The translations under genes and the position numbers were made by a program. Under the pieces are notes generated by a model. It was not told the DNA's origin. It made no database searches and saw only the letters and a list, made by a program, of their open reading frames with translations. A DNA stretch of 64,000 nucleotides from an uncultured Gemmatimonadaceae bacterium. GTDB lineage: Bacteria; Gemmatimonadota; Gemmatimonadetes; Gemmatimonadales; Gemmatimonadaceae. Shown piece by piece: positions 13,981 through 25,892 of the stretch. Each line of letters begins with the position of its first letter. Positions within the stretch are counted from its first letter, which is position 1. Location: NCBI GenBank assembly GCA_963781585.1, contig CAWAGQ010000007.1, forward strand, positions 288,001-352,000. The letters are read 5' to 3'.

Positions 13981-16349
13981 ATGGCCGGAATGACCAGATC
14001 CTACTCGCGGTTCCTGCTGATCGCGTTCGTGGGAAGTTGTCTCATTCCCACCGTGACCGAGGCCGCATCGGGGCTGTACACCACGCTGGGGGCGTTCCTC
14101 GACCGGATCGGCCTCGTGCTGGCGGTGAGCCTGGCGGCGATGCTCGTCTTCCCGCGGCTGCTCCGGCGGCTGGCCCCGATCATCGACGCGAACGCCTGCG
14201 AGCAGGCGTCATTCCTCGACGCGATGCCGCTGCGCCACGTGGACCTCGCCATCGCCGCCGCCGCCGGAGTGAGCCTGCTGCTCGAGCTGGCGGTGATCCG
14301 GTGGCAAAGCTCGGTCTTTCCGTTCTTCGCCTTCTACACGAACTTCGGCCTCCTTGCCTGCTTCGCCGGCCTCGGGCTCGGCTACGCGCTGGCCTCGCGC
14401 GACCGGATTCCGCTGGCGCTCGTCATCCCGCTCCTCGGCTGGCAGTTCGCGCTGCTGATCGGCCTCCGATCCAGCCTCCTCCCCGGGCAGTCGCTGCTCC
14501 TCCGCTCGATTCCGGTCGTGGAGCAGCGCAACATGGGCACCCACATCGTACACAGCGTGGAGCAGGGATTCGCCCACTACTTCTTCCTCGGCATCGTGTT
14601 TCTGTCCACGGCGCTCACGTTCATTCCAATGGGGCCAGGTGTGCGGCCGCCTGATGTCGCGGCGTGCACACCTGCGAGCCTACGGACTGAACTTGTTAGG
14701 CAGCCTGGCCGGGGTGGTCGCGATGTTCCTGGCCAGCACGTTCTGGACGCCGCCGCCCGTGTGGTACGCCGCCGGCTTCACGGTCATTCTGCTGCTCTCG
14801 GTGTGGCGGCCGCCCACGCTGGTCATGGGACGGTGGCGGCCATGGTGGCGATGACGATCCTCGTCTGGCCGGTGCGCGACTCCTGGCAACGCATCTATCG
14901 CCGTACCAAATGCTGGAGGTGGGCTACAGCCCGAAAGGCACGATGCTGATCCGCGCCGCGGGGCAATACTACCAGCGGGTGCACGACTTCTCGGTGCCGC
15001 GCTCGGTCGATGATCCGGAGCTGCGCAAGGTCCGCGATTACTACGACCTGCCGTATCGCCTCGTCGGCACCACACCAGCCGATGTCGCGGTGGTCGGCGC
15101 GGGCGCCGGCAACGACGTGGCGGCGGCCCTGCGCGCCGGCGCAGCGCGCGTCGACGCGGTCGAGATCGATCCCGCGATTCTCCAGATCGGCGGCGCCAAC
15201 CATCCCGAGCATCCCTACGCCGATCGGCGGGTGCACGCAGTGCTCGCCGATGCGCGCTCGTTCCTGCGGACGACCGACCATCGCTACGATCTCATCGTCT
15301 ACGGACTGCTCGACTCGCACACGCTGCTGAGTCAGGCGTCGAGCGTGCGGCTCGATTCCTTCGTCTACACGGTGCAGGGGTTCCGCGAAGCCCGCGCGCG
15401 ACTGAAACCGGGCGGCCGCATCGTCCTGTCGTTCTCGATCCTGAACGACGAGCTCGGACGGAAGATGCAGGAGATGCTGCGCCAGGCGTTCGACGGTGCC
15501 GAACCGGTCGCGATCTCGGCCGGCTACGATGGAGCGGTCACGTTCATGCAGGCGAAGGAAGGGAACCTGACCCTCACCCCGCCGGCGATCGCGGGAACGG
15601 GGTTCGAGGTCACCACGCGCTTTACCGAAAGCGCCGGCGTCGATCCGTCCACCGACGACTGGCCGTTCTTCTACATGCCCCACCGCGTGTATCCCGTCTC
15701 ATACCTCGTCATGCTCGGCATGGTGTTGCTCGTCACGCTGGCGCTCAGCGCGGGCTTCATCGGCGAGCGGCCCCGCGTCAGCGAGGCGAGCTTCGCGCTC
15801 CTCGGCGCCGGATTCATGCTGGTCGAAACGAAGGCGATTACCGAACTGGGGCTGATGTTCGGCAACACGTGGCGCGTCATCGGTATCGTGATCGCCGGCA
15901 TTCTGGTGATGGCATTCCTCGCCAACGCGGCGGTGCAGTGGCTCCGCGTGCGCCGGCCGCAGGCGGCGTTCGTGATGCTGCTGGTCACGCTCGCGGCGGG
16001 CTGGTTCGTGATGGGAACCGGCGGTCTGCCGTCGACCACGGCCGGCCGGGTGGCCACGGTGGCGATGCTGACGTGCCCGATGCTCTTCTCGGGCATCGTC
16101 TTCTCGACGCTCCTGGCGGCGCGCCCGCGTGATGCGATTGCGCGTGTGATGGCGGCCAACCTCGTGGGCGCGATGTGCGGAGGGCTGCTGGAGTACAACT
16201 CCATGTACTTCGGGTTCCGATTCCTGTACCTGCTCGCGATGGCGTTCTACGCCGCCGGCTTTGTGCTCTGGCTGGCGTCCGAGCGGACGGTGCCTGTGGA
16301 CGCCGGGGTGCACCGAGAAGCGAGCGAGGTGACGGCAAGAGTGGCCTGA
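13981..16349 (+). CDS. multi-TM membrane protein with spermidine-synthase-like SAM-dependent methyltransferase domain, frameshifted
   Basis: SLLLELAVIRW, AYGLNLLGSLAG, VVGAGAGNDVAAAL...VDAVEIDP, DARSFL, STDDWPFFY, LGAGFMLVETK. Confidence 0.8.
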
Positions 16350-16422
16350 GACCGGGGCGCGACGGGTCGATCGTGCGGCGACGGCTCCGCCCGACCCAGG
16401 GCGCCCTCCCCTAAATTCCGGC

Positions 16423-17133
16423 ATGCCTCCTGGCGCTCCCCCCGCGCTGCTCGTCGGCCTTTCGGAATCCCACCTCTGTTCTCCCGGTGACGCCGCGCGC
16501 CTCGGCGCACCGGTCCACCGCGACGTGGTCGTCCCGTTCCGTGCCCTCCAGGATGACGCCCGGAACGCGGGGTTCGACCTCGCCATTCTGAGCGGCTTCC
16601 GCAGCTTCGAACAGCAGCTCTCGATCTGGAATCGCAAGGCCGCGGGCCAGCGTGCGGTGCTCGATTCTGACGCCCGCCCGCTCGACATCGCGACCCTGCG
16701 CGAGCGCGACGTCGTCTTCGCGATCCTCCGCTGGTCGGCCCTCCCCGGCGGGTCGCGACACCACTGGGGGACCGACATCGACGTCTACGATCGCGCCGCC
16801 ACGCCCGCCGGCTACGAGGTGGAGCTGGTCCCGCGCGAGGTGGATGCCGGGGGCATGTACGGTCCCTTGCACGAGTGGCTGGACCAGCGCATCGACGACG
16901 GCGGGTCGTACGGCTTCTTCCGCCCCTACGACCGCGATCGCCAGGGGGTCGCGCCCGAGCGCTGGCACCTGAGTTACGGCCCGATCGCCTCGGGGTGCGT
17001 GCGCCGGTTGACGACCGAGGTGTTACGCAAGACCATCCAGCCGCGATCGATGTTGCTGAAGGAGGAGGTCCTCCACGACCTCGACGAGATCTTCGAGCGA
17101 TTCGTCATCAACACGAACCCGTGGGTCGTGTGA
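16423..17133 (+). CDS. M15B family (VanY/LdcB-like) zinc carboxypeptidase
   Basis: SGFRSFEQQ, SALPGGSRHHWGTDID (SxHxxGxxxD) and ERWH motifs; no signal peptide. Confidence 0.9.
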   Translation: MPPGAPPALLVGLSESHLCSPGDAARLGAPVHRDVVVPFRALQDDARNAGFDLAILSGFRSFEQQLSIWNRKAAGQRAVLDSDARPLDIATLRERDVVFAILRWSALPGGSRHHWGTDIDVYDRAATPAGYEVELVPREVDAGGMYGPLHEWLDQRIDDGGSYGFFRPYDRDRQGVAPERWHLSYGPIASGCVRRLTTEVLRKTIQPRSMLLKEEVLHDLDEIFERFVINTNPWVV

Positions 17134-17827
17134 ACCTTCGCGCGCGATCACAGTGGGGAACGATTCCCTGGGAGCCCGATCCGTATGGGCGCTCAGTGCG
17201 GGGCGTCCCGCTCGAGGTCTGGCGTCCGCGAGCGCGGTGCCGGCTGCTCCTCTTCGCCGGCATTCATGGCGAAGAGCCGGAGACGACCTATGCGCTGTCC
17301 CGGGCGCTCCGCCAGCGCGCCGAGCCGCCGCAACACTGCGCCATCGTGCTGGCGGCCAATCCCGACGGACTCCTGCGCGGCACGCGCGGCAACGCCCGCG
17401 GCGTCGATCTCAACCGCAATTTCCCGGCACGCAGCTGGCGCCCCGATCCGGTGACCCACCGCTCGACGCTTCCGGATCCGAGCGACATCGTCCTGAGTCC
17501 CGGCGCACACGCCGGCTCCGAGCCGGAGACCCGGGCCCTGCTCGGGTTGATCGCCGAGTTGAAGCCGGATACGGTTGTCGCGCTGCACGCGCCGCTGGCG
17601 TGCATCGACGACGCCAACGTCAGTCCATTCGGGCCTGGCTGTCGCAGCGGACCGGAATGCCCCTGGTGCGCGACGTGGGATATCCCACGCCCGGATCGCT
17701 TGGCTCGTGGGGCACCGACAACGGAGTCGCCGTGATCACGTATGAGTTTCCGTTGGCCGCCACCGAGGTCCTGATGCGCGACCACGTGCCGGTCCTCGCG
17801 GATCTGATCGCCCGCACCGACGCCTGA
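17130..17827 (+). CDS. mpaA: murein tripeptide amidase (M14), frameshifted
   Basis: YGRSVRGVPL, AGIHGEEPE, ANPDG, RGNARGVDLNRNFP, SEPETRAL, VALHAPL, GYPTPGSLGSW, ITYEFP; GTGA overlap with the M15 stop; frameshift near 17630. Confidence 0.85.
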
Positions 17828-17837
17828 CGAGGACTCC

Positions 17838-19069
17838 ATGGCCCTCAACTACATCTTCGTCTCGTTCTTTCTGATCGGACTGGTGGTGGGGCTGGTGCGC
17901 CTCGTCTTCTTCGGCGACACCGGGATCTTCACCAGCATGGTCAACAGCACGTTCGACACGGCGAAGAGCGGGTTCGAGATCGCGCTGGGGCTTACCGGCG
18001 CGCTGACACTGTGGCTGGGCGTGATGAAGGTGGGCGAGCGGGGCGGGGCGATCGGCGCGCTGGCGAGGGTGGCGCGCCCTTCTTCCGCCGGCTCTTCCCG
18101 GAGGTGCCGGCGGACCACGCGGCGCACGGCTCCATCATCATGAACTTCGCCGCCAACATGCTGGGCCTCGACAACGCGGCCACGCCACTCGGACTGAAGG
18201 CGATGCAGGAGCTGCAGGACCTGAATCCCGAGAAGGAGACGGCCTCCAACGCGCAGATCATGTTCCTGGTGCTCAACACCTCCGGACTCACGATCATTCC
18301 GGTGAGCATCATGGTGTATCGCGCGCAGGCGGGCGCCGCCAACCCCGCGGACGTCTTCCTCCCCATTCTGCTCGCGACGTTCTTCTCCACGATGGCCGGG
18401 CTCATCGCCGTCTCGGTCGTGCAGCGCATCAACCTGCTGGATCGCGTCGTCCTGACGTATCTCCTCGGCCTCACGGCGCTGGTCATCGCGACGATCTGGT
18501 ACTTCTCGAACCTGCCGCAGGCGCAGGTGCAGTCGATCTCGAACCTGATCGCCAACCTGACGCTCTACGGCATCATCTCGGGGTTCATCGCGCTGGCGTT
18601 GATCCGGCGGGTGAACGTCTACGAGGCCTTCATCGAGGGCGCCAAGGAGGGGTTCGGCGTTGCGATCCGGATCATCCCGTACCTGGTGGCCATTCTGGTG
18701 GGCATCGGCGTCTTTCGCGCTTCCGGCGCCCTCGACTATCTGGTCACGGGAATCGGCCACATGGTCGCCGCGATGGGTCTCGACACCAGCTTCATTCCCG
18801 CGCTGCCGACCGCCCTTATGAAGCCGTTGAGCGGGAGCGGGGCGCGTGGGCTGATGGTGGACGCGATGCACACCTACGGCGCGGATTCGTTCGTCGGCAG
18901 GCTCGCGAGCACTCTCCAGGGGGCCACCGACACCACCTTCTATATAGTTGCGCTGTACTTCGGGTCAGTGGGAGTGAAGCGGACGCGCTACGCCGTGACC
19001 TGCGGGCTGATCGCGGATGTCGCCGGGATTATCGCGGCGATTCTGGTGTCGTACATCTTCTTCAGATAG
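17838..19069 (+). CDS. fused SpmA/SpmB nucleoside-recognition (Gate) domain membrane protein, frameshifted
   Basis: LWLGVMKVGERGG, NMLGLDNAATPLGLKAM, VYEAFIEGAKEG, PLSGSGARG, TDTTFYIVALYFGSVGVKRTR; frameshift near 18078. Confidence 0.88.
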
Positions 19070-19228
19070 TCATCATCAGGTATCGGCCGTCGACCGCGAC
19101 CTGCTCGCGGCGTCCGTGACAGGCATCCAGATCGCCATTGGTGAGCACCGATCCGCTCGCGGCCTCCATGCCGAGGATCGGGAATCCGTCCAGCGCCCAT
19201 CCGACGGAGCTCGGAGGAAATCGCACGG

Positions 19229-19294
19229 CTCCGTGTTCTCTGCGCTCTTTGCGGTAAGAACCTTCAAACCACAGAGGACACGAAGGACGCAGAG
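19229..19294. repeat. inverted short repeat of the ACCACAGAGxxCxCAGAG type
   Basis: CTCCGTGTTCTCTGCGCTCTTTGCGGT faces ACCACAGAGGACACGAAGGACGCAGAG in an intergenic region. Confidence 0.45.
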
Positions 19295-19465
19295 ATGCAA
19301 CGGCCGAACGCAGACGGACCCGCGAACTTCCGGCCACACACACCCGTCGGTGCTCTCCGCGTGGTCTCGCAACCCCTGAAGGCCAACCCTGGCTCCGAAC
19401 GGGCTGTCATAACAGGTGCACGCGGTGCAGATCTCAGGCCGGAAGCCGCCACCAACCGCTCCGCC

Positions 19466-21891
19466 ATGACCCTCCTCCGCCAGAACATCACGTTCGCGCT
19501 CCGCGGTCTGCGCCGCCGGCCCGGTTTCGCCGGCATCGCGATCACCACCATCGCACTGGGCATCGGGGCCGCCACCGCCATCTACAGCGTCGTCGATGGC
19601 GTCGTGTTCCGGCCGCTCGCGTTCAACGATCCCGGGCGACTCGTCGCGGTGTGGCAAACCTACCCGCAGTGGCGGCAGGAGCCGATTCTCGCCAGCATGT
19701 GGGACCGCATCCCCCTCTCCATCCCGGAGTATCGCGACTGGCGTGCGACGCAGACGGTGTTCAGTGGTGTCGCCATCTGGGCCGAGCGTCGCCGCATGAC
19801 GCTGGGCGGGGTTGATCGGCCGGAGATGGTCGCGGTGACGCGGGCCAGCGCATCGCTCCTGTCAGTGCTCGACGTGTCGCCGGCGATGGGCCGGTACTTC
19901 ACCGCGCAGGAGGATGTGCTCGGCGGTCCGCCGGTCGCGATGGTCACCTACGAGGGCTGGCTCAACCGCTATCAGCGCGACCCCAGCATCCTGGGACGCA
20001 GCGTCCGGCTCAACGACCACCCGTACACGATCGTGGGCGTCCTGCCCGAAGGGCTGACGCTCTCGCGCACGGTCTCCGCCAGCGGTGTGGCCGACTTCTG
20101 GACGCCGGTCGGGCAGGAAGCGGACGACGCCAATCAGCGGGGGAACCACAGCTACCTCGGCCTCGCGCGCCTGAAGCCCGGAGTCACGCTGCAACACGCC
20201 GCGCAGGAGACGGACCGGATCCTCCGTGGTGACGCATCACCGGACAAACGCGGCGTCCGACTCGAGGAATGGCAGAGCGATCAGACGCGCACCGTGCGCA
20301 AGCCGCTGTTCGTGCTGCTGGCCGCGGTGGGTCTGCTGCTCGTCATCGCCTGCATCAACGTCGCCGTCCTCCTCCTCGGCGAGGCCTCGGCGCGTGAGCA
20401 GGAGATTGCCGCACGGATCGCCCTCGGCGCCGGGCGAACGCGCATCATCGCTCAGCTGCTCACCGAGAGCGTGGCGCTTGCAGTGGTAGGCGCCGTGGCC
20501 GGCACGGCTCTCGCCTGGGCCGGCACCCGCGCGCTGGTGGCACTGGCCCCGCCGCGCATACCTGGGCTTGCCGACGTGGGGATGGACGTGCGCGTGCTGG
20601 GCTTCACGCTCGCTGCCGCGTTGGGAACGGGGATCCTCTTCGGGCTGGCTCCGGCGCTCGTGCTGGCCCACGCGTCGCCAAGTCAGGTGTTCCGCGGCCT
20701 GACCGGGCAGAGCGCGGGGGACGCGGCCGCCTCCAGCGCGTCCTGGTGGCAGCGGAGCTGGCGCTCTCGCTGACGCTCCTGGTCGGAGCCGCGCTGCTGT
20801 CGCGCAGCCTGAATCGGCTCACGGCGGTCGATCCGGGCTTTCGCACGGATCACCTGCTGGCCGTCCGGGTCACGCTCCCGACCACGCGGTTCGCGGATTC
20901 CACCGCGGTACGCGCGTTCTACCATCGCGCATCCGAACGCCTGAGCAGCCTCCCGGGCGTCGAAGCGGTGACGGCCATCTCGAACGTTCCCTTCAGCGGC
21001 GGGAGCAGCAGCTCTTCGATTGAGATCGAGGGACGACCGATCAGCGCTGACGAGAAACACCCGGAGGCGCAGCAGCGGACCATTCAGCCCAACTATTTCC
21101 AGGTGCTGGGCATTCCGCTGCTGGCAGGACGGTCCTTCGACGAAATGGATCGCGCGGGTGCTCCGCTGGTTGTCATCGTCAGCCGGTCGCTGGCACGGCG
21201 TGATTTTCCCAACGAGGCGCCACTCGGCAAGCGCGTGAAGTTCCAGGGCAGCTGGCGGCAGATCGTGGGCGTGGTAGCGGATACCAAGTACAGCAGCCTG
21301 TCGCAGGACGACCAGGCGACCCTCTACGCTCCGGTGGAGCAGCGTGCGTGGTCGTTCATGTCCTTTCTGGTACGCACGACGGTAGAGCCAACCACGCTCA
21401 CATCGGCCATCCGCGCCGCGCTCCATGAGGTGGAACCGGGCGCTCCGTTCGACGGAGCGGATCAAATGACCGACCTGCTCGCAAGATCCTTGGCCGAGGA
21501 GCGGTTCCGCGCCATGCTCATCGCGCTGTTCGGCGTGGTGGCCGGCGTGCTGGCGGCCGTCGGGATGTACGGCGTGACGTCGCGCGCGGTGAGCCGCCGA
21601 AGGCACGAGATGGGCATTCGGGTCGCCCTGGGCGCCACCGCCGGCAACGTGACCGGCCTGATGGTGCGCTACACCCTCAACGGCGTGGCCATCGGCATTG
21701 CCCTCGGCCTGGCAGGGGCTGTGCTCGCTTCACGCGCGCTGGCGCCGTTCCTGTTCGGGATCACCGCCACCGATGGCGCCTCGTACCTGACGAGTATCGT
21801 CGTGCTGGGAGCGGTGAGCGTGGTCGCGACCTGGCTCCCCGCACGCCAGGCGGCGCACGTCGAGCCGGCGGCGATTCTCCGCGGCGAGTAA
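19466..21891 (+). CDS. duplicated MacB_PCD/FtsX ABC permease (ADOP type), frameshifted
   Basis: FALRGLRRRPGF, LLVIACINVA, REIAARIALGA, AAELALSLTLLVGAALLSRS, GIRVALGA, PARQAAHVEPAAILRGE; frameshift near 20720. Confidence 0.9.
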
Positions 21892-22171
21892 GGCTCGCGG
21901 TCGCACGGGGCCCTGAGTTCAGGAGGGCCCTGGTTCTCCCCAGGCGGCGCGACCTGTCCGCCACTCCCATGCCGTCATCCCATCTCCGCGCCCTGGCTGG
22001 TGCACCGTCGAGCCCGCCTCCGCGTCGATGGTGACGATGTGAATCCGTGATCATTGCGGATCTTCCACCCTAACGTGTGCGCTCCGCCCTTGCGCGGCCG
22101 TGCATAACGGGTCCAAGGTGCGGCCCCGCACGACTCGGTCACCACGGGACGGCCAGGGCACCGAGAGCACC

Positions 22172-22823
22172 ATGAGCAAATTGCGGTTCCAGATCACGAT
22201 GTCCCTGGACGGCTACGTCGCGGGGCCCAATCAGGGCGTGGCAAACCCGCTTGGTGAAGGGGGCCTCCGGCTGCACGACTGGGTCTTCGCGCTGGAGAGC
22301 TGGCGCCGAGATGCACCGGGACAGTGACCGCGGCGAGACCGGGCCGAGCGACCAGGTGTTGCGCGAGTCGTTCGAGAACATCGGCGCCACGATCATGGGC
22401 CGGAACATGTTCGGCGGTGGCCCGGGCCCCTGGGCGAAGGATGCCCCGTGGCGCGGCTGGTGGGGAGAGAATCCCCCGTACCATACGCCGGTCTTCGTGC
22501 TCACCCGCTACACCCGCGAACCACTCGTTATGCAGGGTGGCACGACCTTCTTCTTCGTGACCGACGGCATCCGGTCGGCGCTCGATCAGGCGACCAGGGC
22601 GGCCGGCGGCAGGGACGTGGCGCTGGCCGGCGGAGCCAACGTGGCGCAACAGTATCTCGCCGCCGGGCTGATCGACGAGATGGAAATTCATCTCGTCCCG
22701 CTGCTCCTCGGCGCCGGCGAACGGCTCTTCGACAATCTCGCCGCCGCCGACGTGAAGCTCGAGCCGGTGCGGGCGGTGCACGCACCCGGTGTCACGCACC
22801 TCAGGTATCGGGTAGTCAGATGA
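22172..22823 (+). CDS. dihydrofolate reductase-like (RibD C-terminal) protein, frameshifted
   Basis: MSLDGYVAGP, IMGRNMF, PVFVLT, LAGGANVAQQYL, IDEMEIHLVPLLLGAGERLF; frameshift near 22305. Confidence 0.88.
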
Positions 22824-23019
22824 GGGAATGCCCATGACCGGTGCCGTACGCAGACGCAGCCCCGCTCCCCTCGCTCCGATATCCAGTGTGCCGGGCGCGG
22901 AGCCTGGCACAGAGGGAGGTGTCGCTTCGCTGACGGTGCGTGTCACCGAGCCGCTGGTTGCGGCCGCAGCGTCTGCGCTTGCGGACGCCGGTTTCGAGCA
23001 CAGTGTCGCGGCCGCGATC

Positions 23020-23536
23020 TCAGCCCTTCACCAGCAGCTCCCTGACCTGCTGCTTCGTGGCGTCATCGATCACCGGCGAGTGCAGCAGCGCCCGCACGCG
23101 CGCCACCTTCGCCGCCACCTGCATCGGCTCATTGTAGCGTTGATAGATGATGCCAGCCTGGAACCAAGCGCGCAGCTCGGTGTGCGGATCCCCGAACTCG
23201 GCCGCGGCTTGTGCCAGCTCGTCGAGCGTGGACGCCGCGCGCAATTCCTCGTCGTGATAGTAGTAGCTGTTGGCGAGGTGCCAGAGCGCTTCTCTGGGAT
23301 ACTGTCCCGCCGCGCGTTGTTCGCCGATGATCTTCCGGAATTGCCACCGCGCGGCGCGAATGTGGCCGGCCGCCTCGAGGAAATCCCTCTCGCCAGTACG
23401 GCGCGGACGTGGTCCGCGTCCGGCTCGTCAGGCCGGCGCGGCGCGATCACGCCGGTTGCAAGCGCGCTGGCGGCTGGCGCGGACCCGCCGGACGCCATGG
23501 TGAATGAAGCGAGAACAGCCGGCAGGTGCTCGGCAT
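23020..23536 (-). CDS. small helical (TPR-like) hypothetical protein, frameshifted
   Basis: Strong RBS GAAGGAGG before ATG 23536; stitched sequence ...EALWHLANSYYYHDEELRAASTLDELAQAAAEFGDPHTELRAWFQAG... Confidence 0.5.
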
Positions 23537-23827
23537 GGGAACCTCCTTCGAGTCGTTACCGAATATCGTTTCGGGTTTCCACCCTGACCATTCGGACATC
23601 CGCGGCATAGCGATCGACGCCCGCGCGGGACCGGGTGGCGGCAGGTGATGGCGGAGTGTGCCGAACGCGCGTCACGGCGCGATCGACGCGACGAAGCGCT
23701 CCGGTAACGGGACAAGCGGTACCGAACCGACGCGGTCACATCCGCTGCGCTGGCGTCTGGATTCCCCGGTCCGTGTGACCGAACGCGCGTGAGACCGGCG
23801 TTGCCGCCGGACCGGACGGAGCGGGGC

Positions 23828-25759
23828 TCAGTTCCCCCGACTGGCGACCCGGGGCATATGCTTCCCGGCGTCCGGGGCGATGCGGGCCATCAGCGACCGG
23901 AAATGCGCCAGCCGGTCGGCGTGCGCCGCCGACAGGTCCGTCTGCTCCAGCGGGTCGCTCGCAAAGTCGAACAACTCTTCCTGCCCGCGATCGGACACGA
24001 TGTACTGACTGGTTCCGTCCACGATGGAGCGATATTCCCGCGCCCGAGCGGCCCTGTCGCGCTGATCCACGCGCAGGAAGGAATACACCGGCGCCGCCGC
24101 CGAATCGTCCCCGGTCCAGGTTCCCGCGAAGGACGGGCCGGGGAAGGGCGCTCCCGCTGACAGGCCAAGCAGGTCCACCGTGGTGGCGGCGAGATTCCCG
24201 GTCGACACCGGCGTGCCGACCTGGTCACCGGCGTGGCTCTCGTCAGGCAGCCGGACGATCAGCGGAACACGGATCGACGGAAGGTAGAGGCTGTGACCGT
24301 GCCAGTGGAATCCGTGCCCGCCGAACTCCTCGCCGTGGTCGCCGGCGATGACGACCATCGTGTTGCGGAGGAATCCCTCGCGCTCCAACGCATCGAGCAG
24401 GTGACCCACCTGTTCGTCCAGATACAGAATCGCCGCGTCGTAGCGATCCTTCGCGTCGGCTGTGGCGGCGCGCTGTGCCGGTTCCACGTCGACCGTGCTG
24501 TCTCCGTCCCATCGCTTCACCGGCGCCGGGCGTGGTCGCGGCATCGCTTCGATCCGCCGGATGTCCTCGTCGGGCGGCGCATACGGGTCGTGCGCGTCGT
24601 AGAAGTTCACGAATGCGAAGAACGGATGGCGGCGGTCCCGGCGCAGCCACCCCATCAGGTCGCGAATCACATCCGGCGCTACACGCCGGCCGTTCAGGAC
24701 ATGCGTCCAGAACCGCGTGTCCAGTGACGAGTGCTTTGCCGCCAGTGCCACCGCCAGACCGGGCGACGTGCTCGCGAGCGCATGGCCGAGGCTCAGTTCG
24801 TAGTCCTGGTAGTGCACGAAACCCCGCGCCAGCCCCCACTCGGAATTGCAGTAATAGAAGTTCCCGGCGATCCCTCCGGTGCGGTATCCGTGCGCGCTCA
24901 GGTATTCCGCCAGCGTGGGGAACCGCGCATCGAGCGGCTTCTCCCAGTCCGCGCTGAGCTCGTCGGGCGAGCGTCCGGTGAACATCGCGGCGTGTGACGG
25001 CAGCGTCCACGACGTGGCCGTGATCGCGTGGTCGAAGGTGATGCCGGTGCGCGCGAAGCGCTCCAGGTTCGGGGTCGTGGTTCGTGGATAGTCACCGAGA
25101 CTGGTGCTGTGCCACCGCATGGTGTCGAGGATGATCCACAACACGTTAGGCGCGCCAGAGGGAGCGGCCGGGAGGGCCGCCACTGCCCGCGCCTCGCGAA
25201 TCCGCCCGCCGATGTTGACCACCACGGTGCTGGCGATCACGGCTCCCACCAGCCACGGCGTGGTGCGACGCATGAGGCTGAACACCAGCGACGGCCGGCG
25301 CTGCGCGAGCGCCGCCATCTGTACCGCGATGCCCAGCGACAGCACGATCACCGACAGGTCGTGCAGCGCCTTCCCCCAGGTGAGCAACCCGCACGCGCTG
25401 CCGGCAACGGCCAGCACGAACACGATCATCCGGAGGGTCACCCGACGCGGAAAGCGCCGCGCCAGCACGGCCAGCAGCGCGCCCGCCGGAGGCCAAGCAG
25501 CACATACGTCACCGGCGACATCCAGACCACCTGTGGCGTGACGAGCGTCACCTGCCGAAGCGCGAACTTCTTGATGGCGTCGAGCCCGACGGCGCCGGTT
25601 CCGGTGACCAGACCGAACCAGGCGGCCATCCAGATGATGCGCCGCGCCGACAGCGGCGGGCTGGCGCGGACGCCGGCTCCTTTTCCGCTGAGTGCCTGGG
25701 CGATCGCAGCGACGCGAATCGTGGCCTCCTTTGACCTCGTATCGTCCTGCCGGAATCAC
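23828..25759 (-). CDS. membrane-anchored sulfatase-like (alkaline phosphatase superfamily) hydrolase/transferase
   Basis: N-terminal TM helices; PNVLWIILDTMR, SWTLPSHAAMFTG, FYDAHDPY, AGDHGEEFG, HGHSLY; N-terminus frameshifted, start approximate. Confidence 0.85.
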   Translation of the reverse strand: MIPAGRYEVKGGHDSRRCDRPGTQRKRSRRPRQPAAVGAAHHLDGRLVRSGHRNRRRRARRHQEVRASAGDARHATGGLDVAGDVCAAWPPAGALLAVLARRFPRRVTLRMIVFVLAVAGSACGLLTWGKALHDLSVIVLSLGIAVQMAALAQRRPSLVFSLMRRTTPWLVGAVIASTVVVNIGGRIREARAVAALPAAPSGAPNVLWIILDTMRWHSTSLGDYPRTTTPNLERFARTGITFDHAITATSWTLPSHAAMFTGRSPDELSADWEKPLDARFPTLAEYLSAHGYRTGGIAGNFYYCNSEWGLARGFVHYQDYELSLGHALASTSPGLAVALAAKHSSLDTRFWTHVLNGRRVAPDVIRDLMGWLRRDRRHPFFAFVNFYDAHDPYAPPDEDIRRIEAMPRPRPAPVKRWDGDSTVDVEPAQRAATADAKDRYDAAILYLDEQVGHLLDALEREGFLRNTMVVIAGDHGEEFGGHGFHWHGHSLYLPSIRVPLIVRLPDESHAGDQVGTPVSTGNLAATTVDLLGLSAGAPFPGPSFAGTWTGDDSAAAPVYSFLRVDQRDRAARAREYRSIVDGTSQYIVSDRGQEELFDFASDPLEQTDLSAAHADRLAHFRSLMARIAPDAGKHMPRVASRGN

Positions 25760-25892
25760 GTCCGCGGAGCCGATGGCGCAACGCCGGTCCTCGGGGTGGG
25801 TTCCCCTCCGGCGACGTCCCTCCGTGGCCTGAGTAGGCGTAGCCGCGGCGGGTGGGCAAGCGGCCCTACGGACGGCCGCACCCCGGATGTCG

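Noticed and set aside
16423..17133. vanY glycopeptide resistance gene
   Set aside because: No van cluster genes nearby and no membrane anchor; the context points to peptidoglycan turnover
17838..19069. Evidence of sporulation from spmAB
   Set aside because: Fused SpmAB occurs widely in non-sporulating bacteria and no other sporulation genes are present
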